From Eledone cirrhosa (lineage: Eukaryota): a DNA stretch of 64,000 nt. A model generated the notes under the pieces. That model was not told the DNA's origin, did not search any database, and saw only the letters and a program-made list of their open reading frames with translations. The position numbers and the translations under genes are program-made. The stretch spans positions 67,084,001 through 67,148,000 of the forward strand of contig OZ024740.1 of assembly GCA_964016885.1 (NCBI GenBank). Direction: 5' to 3'. This document shows, in pieces, positions 25,501 to 39,743 of this stretch (position 1 is its first letter; each line of letters opens with the position of its first letter).

Positions 25501-26485
25501 ATCATGAGTGGTTCCTTAATGTGAGCATTGCGTGGCTTAAGAATGAAATTATTAATAATTGTCTCCACTCCAGGCACAAGGCCAGCAATTACCCAGTGCA
25601 TTACAATATAATATAATATACTTTTTGCTGAAGTTGCCTGTTATTGTTGTTGGCTATGTCGGTGGTGGTGCTGGGGCTTTTTATATTGTTGGTGGGGAAT
25701 GGGGGAGCCAACAGTGCCATAGTTGTTGACGTTTGGCCGGTGGCCGAGTCACTAAGTCAATCTATTTATATCTTTTGCTAGCCTCTCCCTTGTCTAGTGA
25801 TACCGCCACCTTCCCTTTCTTAAGTTAACAGAAGGTAATGGGGAATAGTGGTGGTAGCAATGAAGGAGTGGTGGCGGCGGTGATGGGATATTGGTATAAA
25901 TGATGGATGGAGTGGTGGCGGCGGTGGCGTTGTCGTTACTGAGTTTTGTTGAATAGACTGTAGTTTTGTTTGATCTGTAGTATCTATGCGTTTGTGTCGC
26001 GTATGTTTAATATATGTGTTGACATATTCCCTTAATATTGGAATTAAACATTTTGTTAAAACTTGAGACAATAATAATAGTAATTATTATTATGATACTG
26101 GGATTGGTGGTGGTGGTTGTGAAATTGCCGTTATCTGGCTGTTGTATTTAGTGTACACAGCGGCGTGATGGGGTAGGTGGTGTATCTAGTTTCTGGTGTT
26201 GGTGAAATTGCTGTTATTTGGCTGTTCTATATAGTGTAGACAGAGGGGGTTTTCTTCCATTTATAACCATTTTCTTTTTTGAATATAAAATGTATAATAC
26301 ACAATTGAATATTTGAGCGATATAACAATATATTATGGATCAGCATTTTTATGAGACTTGATTCGGTGCTTTATGCATCATTTGTACTAAGAATTGTTAT
26401 TTCACATTTGATTTAAAAATGTTAAAAATCAAAAACTTACGGGAGCGATTTCATGACCTTCTACCACCACGTGCGCCTTCTTCCC

Positions 26486-26486
<1 letters not shown>

Positions 26487-26543
<57 letters not shown>

Positions 26544-26544
26544 G

Positions 26545-26586
<42 letters not shown>

Positions 26587-26587
26587 G
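26487..26587. repeat. (ATT)n microsatellite
   Basis: Direct reading. Confidence 0.95.
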
Positions 26588-26589
26588 TT

Positions 26590-27150
26590 CTTTGTGTCTC
26601 AGTCATTGATGTTATTTAACTGGAAAGTTTGTTGAAATGTATATGAAGCCACTACCTGCAGCCTCAGATATTCAGGACGTATCGGAGGGTTCTTGCTGTT
26701 CCCAGCAAGCATGCCTTTTGAAGCGTTCCAAAAAGCGTGGCGGGGCCAATTTTCTTTAACCATCCATGGAAACTGTTTGAGATAGTACCTAGTGTGCCTA
26801 TGACAATCGGGACCACTTTGACTTCATGGCAGTTCCAAATCCTTTTTACCTCCCACTTTAAGTCCTCGTATCGGTTAATTTTCTCCCTCTCCTTCTCTTG
26901 CACTGTCGTGTCGAATGGGCAGGCCACATCCACAATCAGGCACGATCTTTTTTCCTTGTCCAAAACCACCAGGTCTGGTCTATTGTGTTCCAGTTTCTTG
27001 TCCGTCTGTATCCTAAAATCTCATAGTACCTTCACCTGATCGTTCTCTATCACCGAATCTGGCTTATGCTCAGACCACTTCTCAGAATGTGGTAAATTGT
27101 TTACTTTGCATAGGTGCCAGTGGATCACTCTGCCCATCACATCATGCTCC
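26590..27150 (-). mobile_element. 3' fragment of a third Dong/R4-like LINE (REL endonuclease) with (TAA)n tail
   Basis: ORF 26664..26969: CLIVDVACPFD...EKINRYEDLK...VVPIVIGTLG...LQKACLLGTAR.LR. Confidence 0.85.
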
Positions 27151-27208
27151 AGCCCTTATAGTGATTCTGGGCTAGGTGTTCACACCGAGATACAATGTTT
27201 ATAATATA

Positions 27209-27521
<313 letters not shown>

Positions 27522-27561
27522 GGAAAACGAAGAATCAGTGATGTATCGGCAAACAATTTAT

Positions 27562-27652
27562 TACGTATTACAATTGTTTCTCCGGCGAACAGCTTGAGGT
27601 GCGATCTGTTTGTGGATCGAGCCTGACTCTGGTTTCGCAAGTTCCTCAGATC
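27562..27652 (-). ncRNA. Degenerate hammerhead-like motif
   Basis: Minus strand reads ggat-CTGAGGA-acttgcgaa...ttcgccgga-GAAAC-AATT-GTA-atac. Core boxes and palindromic loop III are intact; helix I is poor. Confidence 0.4.
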
Positions 27653-30169
27653 CTTCTAGTGATTTCGAAGCAAATCCTCTTTCGAAAGAGGATTTGATAT
27701 ATTTTATAGGCTTTCAAATACTTCCTATTTCTCCACCCCTCTCTCACTATATTTATATATATATGAAAGACGTAAAACAAGAACATTTTTAAAATTAACT
27801 TACTTACTAAAATTTTCACTGCAACTAATTAGTTTCTGTAAGGGAATTAATATGGTTACGTAACGCAACCATAGATAAATCCTTACGTCATCAGGGAGTC
27901 TATTCTCAGCTAAGTTCCCAGGCAATGCGTGGACGCAAGGAACTCATATAAAAATAATTCAGTGGATGGAAAAAAGCGAGCGGGGACTAAATTCCAAGAC
28001 ATTGAAAAAATTCACTGCCCACTTGGTCAGTGGCAAATTCTAAAGAATCAATCACGTGACACTGAGGTTAATCAGTGAGGAGTGGAGTTGTAATAAGACA
28101 AGAGATAACTACTACCATGAACCATAGCAGTAATTTCGGCAAGTTTTGCTCAACAAATAATTTGGAGTAAATATAAAGTATTAGTATATCTACCAACATA
28201 TGTATACAGATGTATACCTATGCTAGCAAATATATATGTTATGTCTTAGTAACTTTGTGGTTCTATGCAAGGGGATGCAGAACAATTATATGAAAGACGT
28301 AAATTAAGAAAATTTTTAAGATTAACTTACTTACTATATATATATATATGGGATGTATATGTGTATATGATTAGATATACGATTAAATATATTTGGTTGA
28401 GTCTGTTCCCATACAAGTCTGAGACTCATTTTGAAAATTGTATTCCGTTAAAAATGTATATTTCTTACAATTCAAAAGTAGGCCAATGAATTCAATGCCA
28501 ATATTATATTGGTGGAGGCTTTGGAAGCCTGTTGAATGAACTGTATTTGTAATTCAAAGAGCCATTCTTTTCATAGAGTGCCAAGCTGATTCACCGTGAA
28601 AATTTCGTTAATAATACACATGTTTGGGGAATGCTCAATCACTCTCATTTTAATTTCATGTGCAAGCTGTTCCATTGACGGAACAACTAAGACACTCGTC
28701 GTCAAAACCGACTGCTTTCAATTCCATATACTGGTCAATAATTTGCGGACACCAAACGGATGTAACATGAAGCTAATCCCAGTCAAATTCGTAAGAAGAT
28801 ACCTGAAATATTTTTGCCAACACAACGGGTTGAGTTAGAAAGAAATTATTAGCTCTAGTTAAATTAGAAATAGAATCCCGCCAGCTGTCTTTTTACCAAA
28901 ATATATTTGCAGTTGTTAGAATCACAAAGCCACCCGTGGTTAGGATACGCATACTGGAAACCACAGCTATTTGTGAACTTTCTCGAAGCTTCCTACATAA
29001 AATAATAATGAATGATGTGGTTAATGATGTGGTTAATGATAAGATGTGGTTAATGATTCAACTGAAAAAAGCTGTTGACCCTCTAGCTCAGGAGAACCAT
29101 TCAGCCACATTCAAACTGGGAGCAGTCCTTTTGACATCTCTAAAACCTCATATAAAAAATAAGAAGAAAACCAACCGTTTAAACGTAGCATACTTATTAC
29201 TTTGGGAAATCACACACGCACATACACACATTCTCACACACGTATATATTCATATATATATATATATGTGTGTGTGCATGTGTGTGTATGTATGTGTATG
29301 TACATGTGGGTGGATGTATGTGTGTGTACGTGTGTGTGTGTGAGTCTCTTTTTCTTTATATCTATATATACGCATATGTACGTGTATAGCGTTAAACGTG
29401 CTTATCTCTATTTGCGTGCATTTACGCACTCAGACACATGTACGTTTACACACACACGCATTTTACCATCTCTTTTTATGCTTATTTCTCGTTCGATATC
29501 TCTTCTTCACTCATTCTGAAATTTTCACTTTTCAAGATGGCTGACTAACAACAACAGCCCAAGTCTCCATCAGGAGATAAGAGCCCAGGGATGAAGGGAT
29601 AAACGGTCAGATGGATTGATGAATGGATGGATCATTGTGTTTGAGTCTGACGGATAGATCGATTTGTTACAGTCCGTTGATTGATGTGTATAAAGACGAA
29701 AAATCACAAACAAAAGCAAAATAAAAGACAAAACAGAAAAACAAAACCGAAAAAAATTAATAAGTATTATAAAGGGAAATATTGATTTCTGATAAATAAC
29801 TATCAGAATATTTAGATTGCTGTTGTTGCTGTTGTTGCTTTATCCATCTAATCTCGTTTTAGCTGTTTTAAATTGTTGTTATTTTTTTTCTATATGTATT
29901 AAACTATTCTATATATATGTTTTTGAGATCGGGGAGATGGGGGTCTTTTTATATTGACCCGGCTCTTACTCACGTTTTTCAATGACCGCCAACATCTCCA
30001 TCACAACCAACAACTACCACCAACAATATCACCAAATTATCTGACTTTAAAACAAAAAAATAACAGAAATTAAACGAAGAAAATACTTCTGTTTATTTCT
30101 ACTCATTTATATAAACATACTTAATAATTTTTCGCATCTGAAGCACTTGTACACTCTTTCATTTTTTAG

Positions 30170-30550
<381 letters not shown>

Positions 30551-31269
30551 TATGTTTAATATAACAAAATATTAAAAAGAAAATTATAGATAAAGAAACG
30601 AAATCTATATAACTATTACTATTATTGGTACTGCTCTGGTTGATTATTATTATTACATATGTGTCTTATGCTTTTGTTATATATTTGTTGTGTTTATGTT
30701 TAATAAAATGTATTAATTTGATTTATCGCTGTATGTCAACATTCGTGTACACTGTATGAGCCCAGAAAATATATATGCATAACATCATATATGTGTGTGT
30801 CTGTGTATGTTTGTGTATGCTTGTGTGCATGTATATGGGTGTGATTGTGTGTGTGTTTGTGTATGCTTGTATGCGTATATGTGGGTGGGATTGTGTGTGT
30901 GTCCGTACGTGTAGTGTGTGTGTAAGCAGAAAGGAATGGAATATAAAACAGAAACATGCAACCTAAAAAGAAGGCAATATAAGCAAAGATAAAAACTTTG
31001 AGAAAAGCGAAAATGAATTAGAAAAAGTTATGTACAAGATAGATGCAAAAAGAAAGACTGAGTGTAAGAGGGTGAGTGAAAAGGGAGAGGTGATGGGGTA
31101 AATCTCTCTCTCTATCTCTTTCTTTCTCTCTCTCTCTCTCTCTCTCTATATCTATATATATATATATATATATAAGTACCGTTTGAACATTCTTCCCACC
31201 GTATATTTGTATATATATATATATATACATATATATGTGTGTGTGTGTCTGATACATGTTCAAATGGAA

Positions 31270-31328
<59 letters not shown>

Positions 31329-32003
31329 ATATATAAACATAATACTTGTGTTTGTTTGTTTATTCGTTTATTTTAGTCATCCCTATGCCAAGTTTGTTAA
31401 GTATATATGGATTTTCGATATTTTGTATTGTACTTATGTCTTTATCTCCCCCCCCCCACACTCGCCTCTCTATCTTTCACTTCATCTGTCATTCTTTTTT
31501 CTTTCCTTCTCTTCCTTTTTGTCTCACCCCCTGTATCTCTATCACTCTCTCTATCTCTTTCTCTCTACTTCTGTTAGAACTCAACTCCTCCTCTAATACG
31601 ATATGCCCAAGTTTGTGTTTCTAACTCCTGGATAAAATGAAAAAGAATAGTAAATTGGGAAGCATTTGTTTCCTAGGAGAGGAATTTAAGCAAGGAGTGA
31701 ATGATAGTCAGAAAGGAATAGAAACAGTGAGAATAATATACATTGTATATATATCAAATGAAATACCGACATAAACAAATTTAAGGGCAATCACGAATTA
31801 AAACGTCGTAGAAAATATGTGAAGTCATTTGCTTTAAACATGTATTTTTATTAATTCTGCAAACGAATAATGGTGAAATGATAATTAGATGTCAATTAAA
31901 AATAAGCGAGGATTTGAGGAAACCTGGGATCACAGTGAACCGCTGCCTTAGAATATGGAGTGATCTCCAGACTGTTATTTCTGTGTGTGTATGTGTGTGT
32001 GTG

Positions 32004-32111
<108 letters not shown>

Positions 32112-32853
32112 AGAGTGCGTGTTTGTTTATCTTCCTCCAATTTACAAGCACGTACACAGATCCACCAGATCAAGCACATTCTCTCCAACCATACTCGCTG
32201 CTCTTACCCCCTTTCAATAAACTAGCTGGAAGTCAGTACTTCTTTCTCCACCCTGATTTATTCTCTTCAAGTGAAACCTGGAACATTTAATCAGCTCTTT
32301 TCCAAAAAGAAAGTGCTTGTCTTCAACCCGTTCAAAGGCGTCAACCATCGCCTTCTTTCTTCTTGACTACCAGGCAGGTAAAAACGGCTTATCCTTTCCA
32401 TCTGAAGGAAGACGCTGGGCTGATCTTATGGGTTTATGTCGAAAACGAACTGTCACGTATATTCAAAATAAACCCAGAAGTCAGCAATACTCGAACATTT
32501 CCAAGTTAATTTGTGCTCCTGTTATCGCTTCTTATTCCACAAGAGCAGTTCGATCCCACTCCGGTGAAGTTGTTAGATTATGTTAACACTTATCTTCCTA
32601 ATCCTAGTTAGCGTGTGGTGCTTCTCAACATCTGCAATTTGCGTAGTAGTGGTTCCTGAGTCAATACATACGACAGAGACAAGTGCATCTAGAACAGCAA
32701 TATTAAGTAACTTGTCTTCGTGGCATATTTTAAAACTGGGTAGGAACTGGTTTGTTGATAATTTAACTACTATTTCTCGCACTTTGAGAAACATGAACGA
32801 TCCCTTGTCATACGCAATTGTTTTGTTTAGCCCATCATTAAATTATATATATA

Positions 32854-33071
32854 TATGGTTGTATTCATAGGCTAAAAGAAGAAAGAGTGACGAGAAAAGC
32901 ATTAACAAACATACCAGCAACATTGTCCAATAATCCTCAACCTTACACGATCTCTGAACTTGATTGAAAATACTCCCAACTATTTGTAATCAAGTTCAGA
33001 GATCGTGTAAGGGTGTTTGTTAATGCTTTTCTCGTTACTCTTTCTTCTTTTAGCCTATGAATACAACCATA
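32854..33071. repeat. Nested inverted repeat (fold-back)
   Basis: Outer arms 32854-32911 / 33014-33071 (one mismatch); inner arms 32941-32965 / 32988-33012 (perfect). Confidence 0.9.
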
Positions 33072-33199
33072 CTCGATGTTCCTAATCCCATTATGACACA
33101 CTGATCTCGAGTCCTTCCGTGCTTATGAGAGTGCAAATTATATAAAAGTGCTAAGTAATGATGATGATGATGTTGGTGATCAAGAAAGAAAATGTTCAT

Positions 33200-33810
33200 A
33201 GGAGATAATTCGGTTGATAAAATTCTAAAAGAAATTAAGTACATTAGAGATAATTCAACAGTAGTTAATTCAGGTGAGACAATACTAAAAATTATTATCC
33301 GAAGAAGTGATAATCCTGTCCAGAGTTTATAAATTATATAACCCAAAGGAAAGATAATTCAGGCGAAATATAATTAAAGGTGAGAAAATTCTAAAAAGAA
33401 AATAATTCCTATGGAAGTTAATTCAGGTGTGACAATTCTGAAAATAATATCCGAAGAGCAGATTATTCGTGTGTGATGATTCCAAAAATATAGCCCCAAA
33501 GAGAAATAATTCCGGTGAGCAAATTCTGAAAAATAAAAAAAGAAACAGACGTAAATGTCCGAAAAGAATTAATTAAAGTGGAGCTAATTCACTTGAGAAG
33601 ATTCTAAAAAAGATTTTTAAAATAATAATAATTAAAGGAGAGATAATATTATATAGTCGAGAAAACTCTAAAAAATGAATTAAAAAGTAGATAATTCAGG
33701 GAAAAAAAATTGAAATATAATCCGAAGGGGAGATAATTCGGGCTAGTAAATTCTAAAAAAAAAAAAAAAATTAGATGGGACATAATTCAGGCGGGAAAAT
33801 TCTAAGGTTA
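33200..33810 (+). repeat. Degenerate minisatellite, core ~GAGATAATTCAGGTGAGAAAATTCT with A-rich spacers
   Basis: About a dozen or more imperfect copies of the core at ~35-55 bp spacing. Confidence 0.75.
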
Positions 33811-34599
33811 TGAATTTCGTGAAAAAAAAAAAATTAAATCATAAAGTAAAATGATTCGATACATTAATGCATTAATACGATTAACTAGCTGTTAATATAC
33901 TTAGACTCATTTTCATGTTTCTATTATATTCCAAGCGTAGTTTTCAAGTGCACCATTAGTTTCCGCTGTGTGTTTATCAGCAATGTGCAGTATTGATTTA
34001 TGACATGGTAGCGGTATGTGAGTATGAATTTGTACGCGTATGAGTGTGTGAATGTTGCATCTAATTCTTCATATTCTTTTAGTTTGTATTTCACTGTTGC
34101 ATTAGTTTCTTGTTGAAGCTTTTACAGTATTGTCAAGAGATTGTTTAGAATTGGTGTTATATTGAGTTCTGCTTTGAATTGAAAGTGTGGAATATAGTGG
34201 GGCAATTTCTTTAGTTCTTTGTGTCAAATGAAATTCCATTTTGGAGCGTGGGATAAGTGAAAAAAGCAAAACACGATGATAAATATAAAATAAAGAGGTC
34301 ATTACTCCATATTTATGTTTTTTTAATGTTTTTCTTTTCACGAGTACCAATAAAAACACTGGTTTTCCTCTCATACCCATCATCTTTCTTATTTCCATTT
34401 TAATGTGTTTGTTAGCACCACTTTGTTCATAATAAAGCGAAATGCATATCATCAGTCTTCTATTGCAACATGTGGCCGGTTAGTTTTGATTTCATAGAAG
34501 ACAGATATCTGCGAGGTCGTGGCAGTCAACACAGTAAAGAAGCAATACGATGTAGTAACAATGACACAGTTTAGGAGAGGCAAAATTGTTTGCTGACAT

Positions 34600-35085
34600 C
34601 TCGGACCATGTTGGGCCAAGTCTATGACTAAGTTTGAATACAAGGATACAGCCGTGAACTTCTCCATTCAATGGAATATTCTCACTAATTTGAGACCATA
34701 CAAAAATAGAACGATGCCCTGTAAGATGTGCATCGATGAAAGAATAAATATCTTGTGGAGGTTACGTAACATTTCCTCAACAAAGAACCGATTTTTTTAA
34801 ATCACAACCCCCCATGCTGCGTAATTTCTACTATGTGAATGGAAGGGCTCATGATAACCAGAGTGAACTATCATAGGGGGTCGTTCTTCAAATGATGTAC
34901 CCCTAGTCAGTCTCGAGTTGAGTTGTCTCCCTTGTAATCCAACTACCTACATAAATACTCACTAAAACCATACACGAGATGAAGAACTCTTCGTCGGGTA
35001 AAACGCATGTTCTGATATAGTTTGGTAATTTGTTGCGGAACTAACTTTATACCTAACTCGTCCTTTGGACTGAGTGGTCTACTAA
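34600..35085 (+). mobile_element. Decayed PLE 3' end (GIY-YIG C-terminus + 3' UTR)
   Basis: From 34636 reads EYKDTAVNFSIQWNILTNLRPYKNRTMPCKMCIDERINIL, like the W.I....PY....C.LC..E motif in ORF 51229..52089. Degenerate hammerhead-like ...gatgaag actc/gggt aaaac gcat gtt at ~34965-35022. Ends at (TA)n. Confidence 0.5.
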
Positions 35086-35132
35086 CTTTGGAAAAAATGT
35101 CCCGCTGTTTTACCAGACGATATATTATATAT

Positions 35133-35216
<84 letters not shown>

Positions 35217-35218
<2 letters not shown>

Positions 35219-35997
35219 AATTGATCTGGCGCTTCAAGAATGAGAACGTTAAACATACACTATCCTGGGATGTATTAAAATAGCACACCCATACAAGGGA
35301 GGGGGCTGGGTGACAGGTGTGATTTATGCACGATTGAAACTATGGAAATTATTAGGGAAGGGGATAAAGTTATCAACAGAAGATCAGACATAAATTATAT
35401 AAGACATGTCTAAGATTATATGAGTAAAACTGATATTACTGCAAAAGAAATAAAATAGTTACATATAAAACGTTGAACCCGAACTTAATTAAGTATAGTG
35501 CTATAAGTAAAATAATTAATTGATTAAACAAATGATCGTTATAGAACCGAAATACAGAGAGCCACAGAAAACAAGGTGACCCTAATTACTACCAACAAAA
35601 ATAATCATAGGCGTAACACAAACATTAGTGTACAGACTTTATAACAAGCAAATTAACAAAATATCTGGGAGTATAGATCAGATAGAAGATGGGTAAACAA
35701 ACAACATACACGCAAATAGACGCACGCTCACACACACAAACACAAACACGCACAAGCACATACGCATACTCAAGCACCTACAAAAGAACAAGGAACACAC
35801 ACACGCAGAAAAACATATATTAACGCACACAATCACACACATGTCCACCTGCACACCACGAAACACACAAGAACGAATTGATAAACACATTTTTTAAAAA
35901 GTTCTTTTTTTCGTAGAAATATCGGCCAACGAAAACATAAAAATAGGAAAGTGGATGCCACCAGTAAAGACACAAACATACAAATACACACACACAG

Positions 35998-36032
<35 letters not shown>

Positions 36033-36290
36033 TTTAAATACATGAATACAATAACGCAGCTAATGAAACAACACCAAACTTTCTACCTTGACAACGCCAA
36101 CAAACAAAATCATCAACAACAGGCGGAATAATCAGTAATACAATATACTACAATATACTACAATATACTAGATTGAAGTGTAAAGGGACGTAACTGTATG
36201 CTGCAAAGCATCTGTGAATACATATAGGTATCCACAATGTTAAGAGCGAAAATAAATTGTTCTTTAGTATGATATATTATTTACAAAGAA
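35217..36290 (+). mobile_element. Second decayed PLE 3' end (right boundary uncertain)
   Basis: Frameshifted ELIWRFKNENVKHTLSWDVLK / HPYKGG / CDLCTIETMEII...VINRRSDI...RH, starting directly at (TA)n. Confidence 0.55.
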
Positions 36291-36419
36291 GAGAATAAAA
36301 AGTTTTTAGCAATGGAATGAAGTGGTTCATTACTGAGAATGTGCTAATCCAACTCGTGAGGCCATCGATATGGATTATAGTAAAATAAAATGAAATTGAG
36401 ATTTTTCTTTCCTTATTAT

Positions 36420-37043
36420 TGATATACCCGGTATTCGCGGGCGTTACATTCCTAGAGCACCCGCGAAGAATGAAAAACCGTGAAGAAAGAAAAGCTGCCA
36501 ACATTGGACGTGGTCCATAAAAAGATCTATAAACGTCAAAATATAAAGTAGAATATAATGATTTCTAGTATAGGCACAAGGCCATTCATTTTTTTTTTGG
36601 GGGGGGGGGGTCAATTAAATCAACCCCAGTACGTTACTGGTGCTTTATTTTATCGACCCCCGCCCCCTAAGGATGAAAGGCAAAGTTAAACTCGGCAGGA
36701 TTTGAACTCAGATCGTAATGGACCGTAACTCTTTGCTGCAAAGCATGGTGTCCGCCTCTACCGATACTGCCAACCCACCGCCATAATAAAGTAAAATATA
36801 ATGAAAAAAAAGGGAGCGTCTTCTGCGAAAGACCGTCCAATAGGCCGGCAAATACGGTATATTGGTATTAATAATTTAGCGTTAAAACTGTATATATATT
36901 ACCACGGAAACAGCCATTAAAACATCGCGGAATATATCTATGTTTCCGCGAATATGCGGTGGTTTCAACGAAGTATTATTACTTAGGTTCTAAGGAAAAT
37001 TCTGCGAATAACCGCGACCGCGAATGCCGAGGTTGCACTGTAT
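36420..37043. mobile_element. Tigger/pogo-like MITE with nested SINE
   Basis: Right end ccgcgaatgccgaggttgcactg+TA (reverse complement TA-CAGTGCAACCTCGGCATTCGCGG). Degenerate left end atacccggtattcgcggg. Repeated CCGCGAA subterminal motifs. Confidence 0.55.
36560..36782 (-). mobile_element. tRNA-derived (CORE-like) SINE
   Basis: Reverse complement of the SINE at 38416-38620. Confidence 0.85.
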
Positions 37044-37236
37044 GTATATACCCTTCTTCCCCCTTCCTCCTTGTATTTCGACCTGTTTACCCAGACCATG
37101 AAGGTAATAACCTATGTACACGACATTCCAGATCACTGACCACCCCCCGTGACAGACAAGAAAAACAAGAAACTTTTAAGATTTTTTCCTTAGATATTTT
37201 TTGCTTTTTTTGCTTTGACTCCACGTCCATATATGG

Positions 37237-37320
<84 letters not shown>

Positions 37321-37322
<2 letters not shown>

Positions 37323-37510
37323 TCCGCAAGTCAACCTCGGAGTCTCTCCACTTTTGGGGAATTTGTGGCAATTTCTTATATTGGGATTTTTCAAATGTTT
37401 ATTTTCTTAGTCACTGACAAATTTCATTTTACACACAAAAAAGCACACTGTACCGTCCTGTGCCGTCTTAAATGTTTTCTTAATGTGAGCCCTGTGCTGG
37501 TAATAACAAT
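37321..37510 (+). mobile_element. 3' UTR remnant of a Tx1-like LINE related to 15621-21485
   Basis: ctcc.caa.t..cctcgga.gtct..cc...ttggggaattt ... tgtaccgtcctgt ... aligns by eye with 21313-21480. Confidence 0.6.
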
Positions 37511-37527
37511 ATCTTTTTTTCCTTCTC

Positions 37528-37750
37528 TGTGGATTGGCAGTATCGGTAGAGGGACGAACAACATGCTTTGTAGCATGGAGTTACGGCTTTATAATCTGAA
37601 TTCAAATCTCGCCGATGTTAATTTTGTCTTTCATCCTTAAGGGGTCGACAAAATAAAGCACAAGTAATGCACTGGGCAATTGCTGGCCTTGTGCCAAAGG
37701 TAGAAATATTATTTGTTCACTTGATAGTAGTAGTAGTATTCGTAGTATTC

Positions 37751-37802
<52 letters not shown>

Positions 37803-37843
37803 CAGCAGCAACAGTAGTAGTAGCAGCAGCAGTAGAAGCAGTG

Positions 37844-37883
<40 letters not shown>

Positions 37884-38820
37884 CAGTAGTAGTAATAGTA
37901 GCAGCAGCATCAGCAGCATCAGCAGTAGTTGCAGTAGTAGTAGTAGTAGTAGTTGTAGTAGTAGTAGCAGGAGCAGCAGCAGTAGTTGCAGTAGTAGTAG
38001 TAGTAGCAGCAGTAGTCGCAGTAGTAGTAGTAGTATAGTAGTAGTAGTAGTAGTAGTAGTAGTTGTCGTTGTTGTAGATGATGCTGTTGTTCATTATATT
38101 ATCATCTATTATTATTTGGCAGTATCGGCAGAGGATCTGACGTCATCTTTGACGCATAGAGTTACGGCCCTTGCCATTCTGAGTTCAAATCCCGCCGAGG
38201 TTGACTTTGCCTTTCATCCTTACGGGGTCGATAAAATAAAGTACCAGTAATACACTGGGTAATTGCTGGCCTTGTGCCAAAAAGTAGAAACAATTATATT
38301 ATCATCTAGATTCCCACCGTCCCAATACTGCTGGCTTAGTTCCAATCTAGCTGTCGAAATGGCTGGAGCTCAGTCGTAGGGGTCTGAACCTTTCCATATA
38401 TAAATATATATGGAGGGCGGTGGATTGGCAGTATCGGTAGAGGGCCGGACGCCATGATTTGACGCATAGAGTTACGGTCCTTTATGATCTGAGTTCAAAT
38501 CCCGCCGAGGTTAACTTTGCCTTTCATCCTTACGGGGTTCATCAAATACATTACCAGTCACGCACTGGGGTCGATTTAATCGACTTTCCTCTCCCCAAAA
38601 AAGGTTGCTGGCCTTGTGCTTATAAAAAAAATAAATATATATGGATTGGCAGTGTCGGTAGAAGGTCGGACGCCATGCTTTGACGCATAGAGTTACGGCC
38701 TTTGCCATTCTGAGTTCAAATCCCGCCGAGGTTAACTTTGCCTTTCATCCTTACGGGGTCGATAAATGCAGTAATGCACTGGATAATTGCTGGCCTTGTG
38801 CCAAAAGTAGAAACAATTAT
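37528..38820 (+). mobile_element. Cluster of four tRNA-derived SINEs (37528-37710, 38117-38297, 38416-38620, 38642-38820)
   Basis: A-box-like tggcagtatcgg, B-box gagttcaaatcc, body ccgaggttaactttgcctttcatccttacggggtcgataaa, tail ttgctggccttgtgcc. Confidence 0.88.
37724..38065. repeat. (GTA)n/(GCA)n trinucleotide repeat
   Basis: Direct reading. Confidence 0.95.
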
Positions 38821-39517
38821 TTTATCATCATTATCATCATCATCATTTTATTATTATTTTGTCTTTCATCGACTTTCCTCTCCCCCACAATTGGTGGCCT
38901 TGTGCCTATATACAAACCATTATCATTGCTGTTGTTGCTGTTCTTGTTTTTCTTGTTATTATTCTTGTAGTTGTGTTCGTTGTTATCATCATCATCATCA
39001 TCATTTAACATTACAAAATGAAAGTAATAAAAAAAATAGGGAAAAAGATAACATTTTCGTTCAATACAGCGTAGTAGTTTATGTATTGGAAATATATCAA
39101 CCTTTTCTATTAGAACCCACGCCACTACAGCACCACCCACTTCTGCCTACTCTTACCCACCTCATCTTCTCTTCTAAAGAATAGAACGATAATAATATAT
39201 ATGTCTATAATATATATAGTATATGCGTGTAAACAAATAAATACATTTTTATTGTTACTATTATTACGATTGTTGAATACGAAAATAATCAAAGTAATAA
39301 ATCAGTTATGAACTGAAATGAAATCTATAAAATATTTTATTTAGCCAGTACATACACACACACGTATATATATACACACACACACACACACGCATATATA
39401 TATATATATATATGTGTGTGTGTATGTATGTGTGTGAGTGTGTGTGCGTGTGTGCGCGCGTGTGTATGTGTGTGTGCGTATCTATGCATACATACATGGA
39501 TGTATGAGAGTATAGAT

Positions 39518-39552
<35 letters not shown>

Positions 39553-39554
39553 TG

Positions 39555-39639
<85 letters not shown>

Positions 39640-39687
39640 ATATATATATATACATGCATGTATGTATATGTACATAATGTATGTATT

Positions 39688-39740
<53 letters not shown>

Positions 39741-39743
<3 letters not shown>

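Noticed and set aside
28490-29130. Possible hAT dimerisation-domain remnant on the minus strand (FPNM...GT..E)
   Set aside because: Too degenerate to support
32220-32830. Possible host exon or hAT transposase remnant (LLNIAVLDAL)
   Set aside because: Only a faint motif resemblance, with stops in all frames; needs BLASTX
33200-33810. CRISPR array
   Set aside because: Repeats are degenerate, spacers are A-rich and mutually similar, there are no cas genes, and the context is eukaryotic
37528-38820. tRNA genes
   Set aside because: A/B boxes belong to SINE heads followed by a common SINE body; no full cloverleaf
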